Assembly: GCA_045654885.1 (NCBI GenBank)
Contig: JAZOOF010000049.1
Location: 658 to 64,657 of the forward strand
Direction: 5' to 3'
Length of the DNA stretch: 64,000 nt
From: Bacteroidaceae bacterium
Lineage (GTDB): Bacteria; Bacteroidota; Bacteroidia; Bacteroidales; Bacteroidaceae
Position numbers and translations under genes: made by a program. Below the pieces are notes generated by a model that was not told the DNA's origin, ran no database searches, and was given only the letters and a program-made list of their open reading frames with translations. Of the stretch, positions 1 through 9,432 are shown piece by piece. How positions within the stretch are numbered: position 1 is the first letter of the stretch; each line of letters starts with the position of its first letter.

Positions 1-99
1 GTTAGCCTCTTCGATAGAAGCGATACCGTTCTCGTTAAGTACAGCGAGGATCTGCTTGATACGACGATCCTGACTTTCAAATTTTACGGGTCTTATCAT
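1..99 (-). CDS. N-terminal fragment of a conserved protein (possibly GGGtGRT family), running off the window edge
   Basis: The minus strand reads ATG at 97-99, then MIRPVKFESQDRRIKQILAVLNENGIASIEEAN... and stays open to position 1. It lies directly downstream of the NifU-like gene. The family assignment is from memory of similar N-termini only. Confidence 0.35.
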   Translation of the reverse strand, partial: MIRPVKFESQDRRIKQILAVLNENGIASIEEAN

Positions 100-113
100 A
101 GCTTGTTTCCTCC

Positions 114-815
114 TTATTCTTTACGTGGGTCAATATACTTAACAGCACCTGCCTCCTCTGAGAAGCGGCCATAAGACTTTGTCAACTTCTTGACAGCCTC
201 GTTGGCGTCTGTGCCCTTCTTGATCTCATCCATGAGCTGGCCGAGGTTGATGAACTCGTAACCGCAGATTTCGTCGTTCTTGTCGAGAGCGAGGCGTGTG
301 ATGTAACCCTCGGCCATCTCCAAGTAACGTGAACCCTTTGCCAAAGTACCGTAGAGAGTACCTGTCTGGCTGCGGAGACCCTTACCCAAATCCTCAAGAC
401 CTGCACCGATAATCAAACCGCCCTCTGAGAAAGCTGACTGGCTGCGGCCGTAAACAATCTGGAGGAACAGCTCGCGCATTGCTGTGTTGATAGCGTCGCA
501 AACAAGGTCAGTGTTCAAAGCCTCAAGAATAGTCTTGCCGGGGAGAATCTCAGAAGCCATAGCTGCCGAGTGAGTCATACCTGAACAACCGATTGTCTCA
601 ACAAGAGCCTCCTGGATGATACCGTTCTTGATGTTCAATGAAAGCTTACAAGCACCCTGCTGAGGAGCGCACCAACCAATACCGTGTGTGAAACCAGAAA
701 TGTCGGCAACCTCTTTAGCCTTGATCCACTTACCCTCTTCTGGGATTGGAGCAGGACCGTGGTTAGGACCTTTCTTCACAACACACATGTTTTCTACTTC
801 GTGTGAATAAACCAT
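114..815 (-). CDS. NifU/IscU-like iron-sulfur cluster scaffold-domain protein
   Basis: 233-aa ORF with conserved Cys motifs (GWCAPQQGACKLSL, ETIGCSGMTHSAAMASE) that resemble the NifU N-terminal/IscU fold. Confidence 0.55.
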   Translation of the reverse strand: MVYSHEVENMCVVKKGPNHGPAPIPEEGKWIKAKEVADISGFTHGIGWCAPQQGACKLSLNIKNGIIQEALVETIGCSGMTHSAAMASEILPGKTILEALNTDLVCDAINTAMRELFLQIVYGRSQSAFSEGGLIIGAGLEDLGKGLRSQTGTLYGTLAKGSRYLEMAEGYITRLALDKNDEICGYEFINLGQLMDEIKKGTDANEAVKKLTKSYGRFSEEAGAVKYIDPRKE

Positions 816-1006
816 AATTTTTATATGTTTAAAATGTGAAACATAGTCTCTTTCAGTTTGCGAAGATAACTAAAATAATGTCTTGAGCAAAGGACGTGGC
901 GGTTTTTTTGCATCCATTTTTGTGTTTGCCGATAAATTTATACCGTTAAAGTATTTATTAACATAAATAGGGGGCTTGTTTGCCATTTTGTTCGTATCTT
1001 CGCAGA

Positions 1007-1014
1007 TAGTTTTG
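1007..1014 (+). promoter_or_regulatory. Candidate Bacteroidetes -7 promoter element (TAGTTTTG)
   Basis: Matches TAnnTTTG, 26 nt upstream of the ATG at 1040. Confidence 0.3.
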
Positions 1015-1039
1015 TTTTATTTGATTTTTTTTTGAGTAT

Positions 1040-1750
1040 ATGAAGAGACTTTATAGTATTTTTTCTGTCGTTGCGGCAGCGGTCGTTCTATGGGCCTGCG
1101 GTCCGGCCGAGGTGGGGTATACACAGGAATTTACCCTTCAGGGACTGTATACTGTCAACAAGGCCACGGTTGCTCCGGAGTTCAGTGATACAATGTTCTT
1201 TGTGCGTAATATTGATGAGTATGAACTGGAGACCGGTGACCGCGCGTTGCTGCTGTTGCACTACTATTACGATGCTTACAGCGGCAAGGCTCCGCAGTGG
1301 AACATCCGCGAGCTGATAAAGAAAATCCCTGTGTACAGCCTTTCAAGGAAGAGCGAGATTGATACTGCTGCATATGTCACACCTGTCACCGGTTTGCAGC
1401 CGTTGAATTTCTTCGGCGATTTTGAAACCTGTTCCTGGGTGTGGAAGGAGAAGCAGAATGTCTGCATCAAGTACAAGGGTGTTGAGAAAGATGCGTCGTT
1501 TGCAATGGCTGTGCGTGGTGTGAAGGATGGTTGTGTGGAACTTGACCTGTTCGTTGATGCCGAGAAGAGTGATGCCGAGGCTGTCAGTTTGCTGACATTC
1601 GACATCTCCGATATTGAAGATTACTTGAGCGATGAGGAGAGAACCTCGCTCAACGATAGTGTTGTAACAAAAATATATCTTAAGCGTATGAAGAACGGTG
1701 TTCTCGAGGATTGGGCAATTCCGGGCAATGACATACGTCGTTTAAGATAA
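1040..1750 (+). CDS. Hypothetical lipoprotein
   Basis: N-terminus MKRLYSIFSVVAAAVVLWAC is a signal peptide with a lipobox Cys. I recognised no family. Confidence 0.6.
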   Translation: MKRLYSIFSVVAAAVVLWACGPAEVGYTQEFTLQGLYTVNKATVAPEFSDTMFFVRNIDEYELETGDRALLLLHYYYDAYSGKAPQWNIRELIKKIPVYSLSRKSEIDTAAYVTPVTGLQPLNFFGDFETCSWVWKEKQNVCIKYKGVEKDASFAMAVRGVKDGCVELDLFVDAEKSDAEAVSLLTFDISDIEDYLSDEERTSLNDSVVTKIYLKRMKNGVLEDWAIPGNDIRRLR

Positions 1751-1772
1751 TGAAAATCCTGTATAGAGGGAT

Positions 1773-2234
1773 ATGGATAAGAGAGTACCAAACATAAACA
1801 TAAAGAACAGACGTGCTTCGTTCGACTATATCTTTACCGAGACCTTTACGGCCGGTCTGGTGCTGACGGGAACGGAGATAAAGTCGATAAGGCAGTCCAA
1901 GGCGAGCCTTGTCGACACCTACTGCACATTCATAAACAATGAGCTGTGGGTGAAGAACATGCACATTGCCGAGTATTTCTATGGGTCGTACAACAACCAC
2001 TCTGCGCGCCGCGACCGCAAGCTGCTGCTCGACCGCAAGGAGCTGCGCAAGCTGCGACAGGCGGTGAAGAACCCAGGTTTCACAATTGTCCCCACGCGTC
2101 TGTTCATAAACGAGAAGGGTCTTGCCAAACTGGCAATTGCGCTTGCGCGAGGAAAACATGAGTATGACAAGCGCGAATCCATAAAGGAGCGCGACGACAA
2201 GCGCGAGATGGACCGCATAAGGCGGAATTTCTGA
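1773..2234 (+). CDS. smpB: SsrA-binding protein SmpB
   Basis: 153 aa with the typical SmpB signature ([26 protein letters not shown]...[11 protein letters not shown]). Confidence 0.95.
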   Translation: MDKRVPNINIKNRRASFDYIFTETFTAGLVLTGTEIKSIRQSKASLVDTYCTFINNELWVKNMHIAEYFYGSYNNHSARRDRKLLLDRKELRKLRQAVKNPGFTIVPTRLFINEKGLAKLAIALARGKHEYDKRESIKERDDKREMDRIRRNF

Positions 2235-2301
2235 TTGAGAACCCTTTTGCTCTATCCTCGGGAGAGGGTAGAGTAAAATTCTATAATAAAGGATGGCCGT
2301 A

Positions 2302-2335
2302 GCGGTGCATTGCACCGCCATTATTTATTTTTTTT
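2302..2335 (+). terminator. Intrinsic terminator after smpB
   Basis: Palindrome gcggtgca/tgcaccgc followed by a T-rich run (cattatttatttttttt). Confidence 0.6.
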
Positions 2336-2338
2336 GCA

Positions 2339-5071
2339 ATGACAATTAAAGAAGCTTTAAAAGACAGAATGCTTGTGCTCGATGGTGCAATGGGTACCAT
2401 GGTGCAGCGCTATGGGCTTGCCGAGGAGGATTTCCGCGGCACGTTGCTTGCCTCGCACAACAGGCAGCTCAAGGGCAACAACGATATCCTTGTGCTCACC
2501 CGCCCCGATGTCATCCGTGATATCCACACCCGCTACCTGGTAGCCGGTGCCGATATAATAGAGACCTCCACATTCAATGCCAACCGCATTTCGCAGGCCG
2601 AGTATGGGTGCGAGCACCTGTGTGCCGAGATTAACCGCACTGCTGCAACGATGGCGCGTCAGTTGGCCGACAGCTTCTCAACTCCCGAGAAACCCCGTTT
2701 TGTGGTGGGCTCGGTGGGCCCCACAAGCCGCACCTGTTCCATCAGCCCCGATGTCGAGAATTCCGCGCAGAGGAACATTACTTTCGATGAGCTTGCCGAT
2801 GCATATCTTGAGCAGATGGTTGCACTCATTGAGGGTGGGGTGGATGCGCTGTTGTGCGAGACAATCTTCGATACCCTTAATGCCAAGGCTGCGCTTTATG
2901 CGGCCGATGAGGCTTGCGCCGTGGCCGGGCGCGAGGTGCCTGTTATGCTCTCCTTTACCATTGCCGACAAGCAGGGACGCATACTCTCGGGGCAGACAAT
3001 TGAGGCCTTCCTGGCATCGGTTGCAGGCCGCAACCTGTTGTCTGTAGGCCTTAACTGCTCTTTTGGTGCAAGGGAGATGAAACCTTTCCTCAAGCGCCTG
3101 AGCGAGATAGCTCCCTATTATGTTAGTGTCTACCCCAATGCCGGCTTGCCCAATGAACTTGGCGGCTATGACCAGACACCGCAGGAGATGGCGGAGATTG
3201 TACGCGAATACATTGACGAGGGGCTTGTGAACATTGTGGGCGGATGCTGTGGTACAACCGATGAGTATATTGCCCTGTTTCCGTCTATGGTTGATGGCGT
3301 GAGCCCCCGTGTTCCGGTGCAGAAGCCAGCCGAACTGTGGCTCTCGGGTCTTGAGCGCCTGGTGGTCAACAGCAACATGAATTTTATAAATGTTGGCGAG
3401 CGTTGCAATGTGGCGGGTTCGCGCAAGTTCCTGCGCCTGATAAACGAGAAAAAGTATGACGAGGCACTGGATATAGCCCGCAAACAGGTTGAGGACGGCG
3501 CGCAGCTCATAGACATAAACATGGACGACGGCCTGCTTGACGCCAAGGCCGAGATGACAACATTCCTAAACATGCTTGCCGGGGAACCCGACATTGCCCG
3601 CGTGCCGGTGATGGTCGATTCGTCGGACTGGGATGTTATACGTGCCGGCCTCAAGTGCGTGCAGGGACGTGCCGTTGTAAACTCCATCTCCTTGAAGGAG
3701 GGCGAGGCTCTCTTTGTGGAGCGTGCCATTGAGGCGCGCCGTCTTGGTGCGGTGGTTGTGGTAATGGCCTTTGACGAGCAGGGGCAGGCGACAACCTATG
3801 AACGCAAGATTGAGGTTTGCGCCCGTGCCTTTGAACTGTTGACAAAGAGGGCCGGTTTCGAGCCTTATGAAATAATTTTCGACCCCAACATACTTGCCGT
3901 GGCGACGGGCATTGATGAGCATGCAGCCTATGGCATTGACTTCATTCGTGCCTGTGCATGGATAAAGGAGAACCTTTGCGGTGCACACATAAGTGGTGGC
4001 GTGAGCAACCTCTCGTTCTCGTTCCGTGGCAACAACTATGTGCGCGAGGCACTGCATGCAGTGTTCCTCTATCATGCGATAGCTGCGGGAATGGATATGG
4101 GCATTGTGAATCCGCAGACAGCCGTGCAGTATGACGATATTCCGTTGCCTTTGCGCGATGTTCTTGAGGATGTTGTGCTAAACCGTGATACCGCAGCCAC
4201 TGAGCGTCTCATTGCAATGGCTGGCGAACTCAAGGAACAGGGTTCTGCAGTACAGCAGACTGCCGATGATGCTTGGCACGAACTGCCGGTGGAGAAACGC
4301 CTTGAGTGGGCATTGCTGAAGGGTGTTGGCGAGCATCTTGCCGTTGACATTGACGAGGCGGTTGCAAAATATGGCACTGCAGTAGATGTTATCGGCGGTC
4401 CGCTCATGGATGGTATGGCAGTGGTGGGTGAGCTCTTTGGCCAGGGTAAACTGTTCCTGCCCCAGGTAGTCAAGGCTGCCCGTACAATGAAGCAGGCTGT
4501 CACTCTTCTGCAACCGCTTATTGAGCAGTCGAAGAGCAATGCCGCCCAATCGGCCGGCAGGGTGCTTGTGGCAACCGTAAAGGGCGACGTGCACGACATT
4601 GGAAAGAACATTGCAACCGTTGTTATGGGGTGTAACGGCTACGAGGTCATTGACCTTGGTGTGATGGTTGCTCCCGAGGTTATTGTTGCAACTGCGATAG
4701 AGAAAAAGGTGGATATTGTTGCTCTCAGCGGACTCATTACACCGTCACTTGAGGAGATGATAACCGTTGTAAAGGAATTGAAGAACGCGGGTGTAAATGT
4801 TCCTGTTATGATTGCCGGCGCAACAACAAGCCCATTGCACACCGCCTTGAAGATTGCTCCTGCCTACGATGGTGCTGTTGTGCACGTGAAGGATGTGTCG
4901 CAGAACGTTGTCGTGGCAGCCGAACTGCTTGGCGGCGATGAGCGCCGCGAGGCTTTTGTGGCTGCACTCAAGGAGTCGCAGGATGCTATGCGCGAGGGTG
5001 CAGCGCAGAAAATTTCAGCGCCATTGCGTTCGCTCGATGAGGCACGTGCGAACAAACCCAATCTCTTTTAA
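2339..5071 (+). CDS. metH: Cobalamin-dependent methionine synthase, short form without the C-terminal reactivation domain
   Basis: 910 aa containing the Hcy-binding domain (LVLDGAMGT, GGCCGTT), the pterin-binding domain, the B12 cap and the B12-binding motif (DVHDIGKNI). The ORF ends right after the B12 domain. Confidence 0.95.
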   Translation: MTIKEALKDRMLVLDGAMGTMVQRYGLAEEDFRGTLLASHNRQLKGNNDILVLTRPDVIRDIHTRYLVAGADIIETSTFNANRISQAEYGCEHLCAEINRTAATMARQLADSFSTPEKPRFVVGSVGPTSRTCSISPDVENSAQRNITFDELADAYLEQMVALIEGGVDALLCETIFDTLNAKAALYAADEACAVAGREVPVMLSFTIADKQGRILSGQTIEAFLASVAGRNLLSVGLNCSFGAREMKPFLKRLSEIAPYYVSVYPNAGLPNELGGYDQTPQEMAEIVREYIDEGLVNIVGGCCGTTDEYIALFPSMVDGVSPRVPVQKPAELWLSGLERLVVNSNMNFINVGERCNVAGSRKFLRLINEKKYDEALDIARKQVEDGAQLIDINMDDGLLDAKAEMTTFLNMLAGEPDIARVPVMVDSSDWDVIRAGLKCVQGRAVVNSISLKEGEALFVERAIEARRLGAVVVVMAFDEQGQATTYERKIEVCARAFELLTKRAGFEPYEIIFDPNILAVATGIDEHAAYGIDFIRACAWIKENLCGAHISGGVSNLSFSFRGNNYVREALHAVFLYHAIAAGMDMGIVNPQTAVQYDDIPLPLRDVLEDVVLNRDTAATERLIAMAGELKEQGSAVQQTADDAWHELPVEKRLEWALLKGVGEHLAVDIDEAVAKYGTAVDVIGGPLMDGMAVVGELFGQGKLFLPQVVKAARTMKQAVTLLQPLIEQSKSNAAQSAGRVLVATVKGDVHDIGKNIATVVMGCNGYEVIDLGVMVAPEVIVATAIEKKVDIVALSGLITPSLEEMITVVKELKNAGVNVPVMIAGATTSPLHTALKIAPAYDGAVVHVKDVSQNVVVAAELLGGDERREAFVAALKESQDAMREGAAQKISAPLRSLDEARANKPNLF

Positions 5072-5105
5072 AAACAGTAAATTGAAGAATAATAAATAAA
5101 ATACT

Positions 5106-5738
5106 ATGGAATCGTTGATACAATTTTGTCTTGACCACTTGAATTACTGGACAGTGACGCTATTTATGGCTATTGAGAGCTCATTTATTCCTTTCCCCTC
5201 GGAGGCTGTTGTTCCTCCTGCTGCATGGAAAGCAGCCGTTAGCGGCGAAATGAATGTTGTTCTTGTTGTTGTGTTTGCAACCCTTGGCGCACTCATAGGT
5301 GCATTCGTCAACTACTATCTTGCAGTGTGGCTGGGTCGTCCCATCGTCTACAAGTTCGCCAACAGCCGTTTGGGGCATATGTGTCTCATTGACGAGGCCA
5401 AGGTGCAGCATGCCGAGAGCTATTTCGACAAGCATGGTGCCGTGTCTACATTTGTGGGCCGCCTTGTTCCCGCTGTGCGTCAGCTCATTTCAATACCGGC
5501 GGGTCTTGCCCGCATGAGCCTTGGCCGCTTTGTGCTCTATACATCATTGGGCGCCGGAGTATGGAATGCAATCCTTGCAGCGCTCGGTTACTATATGGCA
5601 TCAATTCCCGGCCTGCAGACCGAGGAGGCCGTGATGAACAAGGTCAAGGAGTACAGCAGCGAGATTGGCATTGTCTTCATTGCTCTGGCAGTGTTTGTCG
5701 TTGCCTATCTTGCATATAAGGGATTGAAGAAGAAATAA
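5106..5738 (+). CDS. DedA family membrane protein
   Basis: 210 aa, multi-TM, with DedA-like motifs (ESSFIPFPSE, GRLVPAVRQLISIPAG). Confidence 0.85.
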   Translation: MESLIQFCLDHLNYWTVTLFMAIESSFIPFPSEAVVPPAAWKAAVSGEMNVVLVVVFATLGALIGAFVNYYLAVWLGRPIVYKFANSRLGHMCLIDEAKVQHAESYFDKHGAVSTFVGRLVPAVRQLISIPAGLARMSLGRFVLYTSLGAGVWNAILAALGYYMASIPGLQTEEAVMNKVKEYSSEIGIVFIALAVFVVAYLAYKGLKKK

Positions 5739-5761
5739 ATTTGTACTATATGCATGAAAAT

Positions 5762-5793
5762 GTTTGAAGCACCTCCCGGGAGGTGCTTCAAAC
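5762..5793. terminator. Bidirectional terminator hairpin between the convergent dedA-like and SIMPL genes
   Basis: Perfect palindrome gtttgaagcacctccc/gggaggtgcttcaaac with T-runs on both strands. Confidence 0.7.
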
Positions 5794-5796
5794 GTT

Positions 5797-6525
5797 TTAT
5801 TTGAGTTCGTATTTCACTGTTGTAACCACTCGTATGTTCTTTATCTGTGGCGTTGTCTCGTCGCTTGTTATGCTGAACTGTCCTTGCGTGGCCTGTTTTA
5901 TGTTACCCAGCCTGCTGCCCGAGTCATCGGCGAATTTCTGTGCCACGGCACGTGCATTGCGTGTGGCCTCTTCAACCATAGCGGGCTTTATATCGTTCAG
6001 TGCCGTGTATTCGAACTGGGTCTGGTAGTTGTACTCGTCACTGATGATTACCCCGTCCTTCATCAGTTCAATCTGCCTTCCCATCAGTTCCATAACCTTC
6101 TCTACCTGTGGCGAGATGACGGTTATCACCGCCTCGGCCTGGTAGCGGAACTTTATATTGTCGGGGATGTAGCTCTGTGCAAGGCGGTCGGTGACAGCCG
6201 GTGCCGAAATGACAATCTCCTCGTCGGTTATTCCGCCCTCTCTTATGAACGATAGAACAATCTCCCTGTTCTTCTCAATCTCGTCATACAACTGTTGCAT
6301 GTCGTTGCTCACGCATTTGTAGGGTAGTGCCCACACAACCCTGTTTGCCATCACCTCGCGCTCGGCAAGGCCCTTGACGGTTACATACTGCTCCTGGTTG
6401 GCTATTTTTGTAAGGCCTTTTGAAACGAATAATCCCAATAGGGCAAGGCCTGCTGCTATTGCAATGCTTGGCAGCAACATCCTGCAGCAGTGGCATTTAC
6501 TCTTCTCGCAATTTTCCATAATCAT
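5797..6525 (-). CDS. SIMPL (DUF541) domain-containing protein
   Basis: 242 aa with an N-terminal TM anchor, then ...VTVKGLAEREVMAN..., typical of SIMPL/BP26-like proteins. Its start overlaps the upstream gene's stop by 4 nt. Confidence 0.65.
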   Translation of the reverse strand: MIMENCEKSKCHCCRMLLPSIAIAAGLALLGLFVSKGLTKIANQEQYVTVKGLAEREVMANRVVWALPYKCVSNDMQQLYDEIEKNREIVLSFIREGGITDEEIVISAPAVTDRLAQSYIPDNIKFRYQAEAVITVISPQVEKVMELMGRQIELMKDGVIISDEYNYQTQFEYTALNDIKPAMVEEATRNARAVAQKFADDSGSRLGNIKQATQGQFSITSDETTPQIKNIRVVTTVKYELK

Positions 6526-7271
6526 ATGTTTTTAGGGTTTCCCAATACGTCGTCAAGGTTGGCGCGTTCAAAAATCTCGAGCTTGCCGCCACGTGTGGCA
6601 TTGTAGATTTTTACACCCTGTCTGTCACAAACTTCTCTTGCACGGGAATAGGCCAACAGGTTTGTGTCTACCTCGGGGGCTGCGTAGCTGCGGCCGCTGT
6701 TGAAGAGGCGCGGGTCGAAATAGCTCTCCTGTGTGATAACGCTGTTGCCGCTCGAATAGTTGCAGTCGACACCAATGAGGTATATCTCCTTGAATCCCAT
6801 GTATGCTGCGAACTGTATCATGGAGTATGTCACTGTCTGGCCGCTGTAAACAACTTTGTCAATCTCATTTGAGAAACCTATTGGCTTCTGCCGGAACAGC
6901 ATGTTGTAGTATGTGACACCCTTTATGTGGTACCGGCTTGCGTAGTGTGCCTTTACAAAGCGGTTTCCTTTGTATGCGGCAATCTCCTCCTTGTTGTCGA
7001 TGATAATCTTGTTGTCCTGTGCAAAATAGTATGTCGGGGTGAATGGGATTTCACCGAACAGTTTTATGAGCGAGTTGCAGGCAAAGGTTGTCTCGCCAAG
7101 CTCCATCAGGCGCCTCAGGTCACTGTTCCTCAGGCTTGGCCCGTTGCCGATGATGAAGCAGCGGCCGCTGTGCTTGCCTTTAAGGGAACGCAAGCGCTTG
7201 CGGCTACCAACCAGCAGCGTACCGTAGAGGTAGTTCATTGTGTCCCAGCATTTTTGCCATGTCTTGCCCAT
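6522..7271 (-). CDS. DUF115/MptE-like protein (Maf-type putative nonulosonic/ulosonic-acid transferase)
   Basis: 249 aa with the motifs CFIIGNGPSL ... IYLIGVDCNY, characteristic of the DUF115 family. Confidence 0.55.
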   Translation of the reverse strand: MGKTWQKCWDTMNYLYGTLLVGSRKRLRSLKGKHSGRCFIIGNGPSLRNSDLRRLMELGETTFACNSLIKLFGEIPFTPTYYFAQDNKIIIDNKEEIAAYKGNRFVKAHYASRYHIKGVTYYNMLFRQKPIGFSNEIDKVVYSGQTVTYSMIQFAAYMGFKEIYLIGVDCNYSSGNSVITQESYFDPRLFNSGRSYAAPEVDTNLLAYSRAREVCDRQGVKIYNATRGGKLEIFERANLDDVLGNPKNI

Positions 7272-7294
7272 AACTGTTGCTCTTGGGAAGGGTT

Positions 7295-7936
7295 TTACTT
7301 GTCGGACAATACTCTTGCTGCAAATTCAAAATCCTCGGGGTTGTCAATGTCTATGCCTTCAATAGGGTCGACAATGGCCATGTAGGGATTTTCGCCTATG
7401 CGCTGGTGTGCAACTGTCCACACCTCTTTCTTGAAGATATAGAACGCGCTTGTCTCGAAATATACGGGTTCAATGGTCTGTGTGCGTGGAATCTCCTTCA
7501 GACTGTAGTTGAGCGGAGCACCTTTGTACCATGCGAATGTCTGCACCTTCTGTGCACTGAATGCCGAGTCGTGGCCGCCAACGGTAACCTCTCTTACGGC
7601 ATTCTCAATTGTTGCAGCCTTTATAAACGGCGATGTAGTGTGGGCGAGTATATACACATCGGCATCCACCTCCTTTGTGAAAGCGTCATATATCTCCTCT
7701 CCTAATGTCTCGTCGCGGTCGAGCCATTCGTCGCGCCTGAGGAACCTGACACCTTGTGGTAACAGTGGGATAATCTCCTCGCTGCTGCAATATACATACA
7801 CCTCATCAATGGACGCTATGCCGGCCAGTGTGTCGAGTATATACTGCAGTAACGGCTTGTCGCCAAGCATTTTCAGGTTCTTGCCTACAACGCGTTTGCT
7901 GTTCAGTCTTATGGGTACAAATGCTACAGTCTTCAT
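7295..7936 (-). CDS. Acylneuraminate (CMP-sugar) cytidylyltransferase family protein
   Basis: 213 aa. The N-terminus MKTVAFVPIRLNSKRVVGKNLKMLGDKPLL is a typical CMP-NeuAc/Pse synthetase-like P-loop. Confidence 0.75.
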   Translation of the reverse strand: MKTVAFVPIRLNSKRVVGKNLKMLGDKPLLQYILDTLAGIASIDEVYVYCSSEEIIPLLPQGVRFLRRDEWLDRDETLGEEIYDAFTKEVDADVYILAHTTSPFIKAATIENAVREVTVGGHDSAFSAQKVQTFAWYKGAPLNYSLKEIPRTQTIEPVYFETSAFYIFKKEVWTVAHQRIGENPYMAIVDPIEGIDIDNPEDFEFAARVLSDK

Positions 7937-7951
7937 GGTGTGGTTCTTTTT

Positions 7952-8899
7952 TTAAAGACAACTGAATGCGTCGATTACACCAACCAACTTGTTGTTGTCA
8001 TTAACAACAATAAGCGACTTGATGTTGTGTCGGCGCATGAGTTCTTCGGCCTGTGACAGCTTGGCATCCTCCTTTATTATTTTGGGATTCCTGTTCATCA
8101 GGTCCTTGACGGTGAGCTGGAAGAAGTGCTCCTCGTCGCGCTGCATTGTGCGGCGTATGTCACCGTCGGTAACAACACCAACAATCTCATCGTTCTCAAT
8201 TACAACGGCTATACCCATTTTTGTGCGGCTTATCTGCATGAGCGTGTCGCTTATTTTCGATTCGCTGTTTACAACTGGCAGGTTCTCGGTCGTCATGTAG
8301 TCCTTTACCCTTGAGAGCAGACGGCGCCCGAGTGAACCGCCGGGGTGGAACTGCGCAAAGTCCTTTGCCTGGAACTTGCGCACGGTCATCAGCGCACATG
8401 CTATTGCATCGCCCATGGCAAGGGTTGCCGTGGTCGATGAAGTGGGGGCAAGGTTCAGCGGGCATGCCTCGCGCTCTACAGCCACGTTAAGGTGGCATGC
8501 CGAGTATTTTGCAAGCAGCGATGCCGGGTTGCCCGACATTGATATAATGGGGATGTTCCTCTCCTTCAGCAGCGGAATGAATCGCAGCAGTTCATCGGTC
8601 TGTCCCGAGTTTGATATTGCCAGCACCACATCGCCTTCGCCAATCATGCCCAGGTCGCCGTGGAAGGCATCGAGCGGGTTGACAAAGAATGCCGGTGTGC
8701 CGGTACTTGCCATTGTTGATGCAATCTTCGCACCAATGTGCCCCGACTTTCCTACACCGGTGACAATGAGCTTGCCTTTGCTTTCAATTATTAGCTCTAT
8801 GGCTCTTGTGAAGTCCTCGTCAAGCTTGGGTATAAGGTTAAGAATGGCTTCTGCCTCGTCCCTGAAGCACTTTTTAGCAACATCAATTACGTTTGTCAT
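7952..8899 (-). CDS. kdsD: KpsF/GutQ (KdsD) family arabinose-5-phosphate isomerase
   Basis: SIS domain (GVGKSGHIGAKIAST) plus two CBS domains. I chose the internal ATG at 8897-8899 (MTNVIDVAKK...) because the 39 upstream residues of the long ORF look non-coding. Confidence 0.9.
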   Translation of the reverse strand: MTNVIDVAKKCFRDEAEAILNLIPKLDEDFTRAIELIIESKGKLIVTGVGKSGHIGAKIASTMASTGTPAFFVNPLDAFHGDLGMIGEGDVVLAISNSGQTDELLRFIPLLKERNIPIISMSGNPASLLAKYSACHLNVAVEREACPLNLAPTSSTTATLAMGDAIACALMTVRKFQAKDFAQFHPGGSLGRRLLSRVKDYMTTENLPVVNSESKISDTLMQISRTKMGIAVVIENDEIVGVVTDGDIRRTMQRDEEHFFQLTVKDLMNRNPKIIKEDAKLSQAEELMRRHNIKSLIVVNDNNKLVGVIDAFSCL

Positions 8900-8980
8900 A
8901 TATAGTACTTTTGAATTCCTTACTTTGTCGCGAAGATAACAAATAATATGAAAATGAGAAAATATAGGAGTATATAAAAA

Positions 8981-9003
8981 GTCTCTGCCACAGTGGCAGA
9001 GAC
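8981..9003 (-). terminator. Terminator hairpin downstream of ridA
   Basis: gtctctgcca-cag-tggcagagac, flanked by A5 and T5 runs. Confidence 0.65.
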
Positions 9004-9031
9004 TTTTTATAATCATATGTAATGTTTATTT

Positions 9032-9406
9032 TTAGATTTCGGCGATTACCTCAACCTCAACAAGTACGTTCTTTGGGAGTGTCTTCACTGCAACGCAAGA
9101 GCGTGCGGGCTTGCTTGTGAAGTACTCGGCATATACTGCGTTGAACGCAGCAAAGTCTGCCATGTCGCTGAGGAAGCATGTTGTCTTTACAACCTTATCG
9201 AATGATGTGCCAGCCTCGGCAAGAACTGCAGAGAGGTTCTTCATTACCTGAGTAGCCTGGTCTGTGATGCCCTCGGCCTCAACGTTGCCTGTTGCAGGGT
9301 TGATGGGGATTTGACCCGATGTGAACAACATGTTACCGCAGATGATAGCCTGTGAGTATGGGCCGATAGCCTCGGGGGCATTGCTTGTATAAACTTTCTT
9401 CAACAT
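9032..9406 (-). CDS. ridA: RidA (YjgF/Endoribonuclease L-PSP) family reactive-intermediate deaminase
   Basis: 124 aa. APEAIGPYSQAI...TCFL.DM..F..N.VY is a classic RidA signature. Located downstream of ilvA. Confidence 0.9.
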   Translation of the reverse strand: MLKKVYTSNAPEAIGPYSQAIICGNMLFTSGQIPINPATGNVEAEGITDQATQVMKNLSAVLAEAGTSFDKVVKTTCFLSDMADFAAFNAVYAEYFTSKPARSCVAVKTLPKNVLVEVEVIAEI

Positions 9407-9432
9407 AGTTATTTTGTTTTTAATGGTTAATC

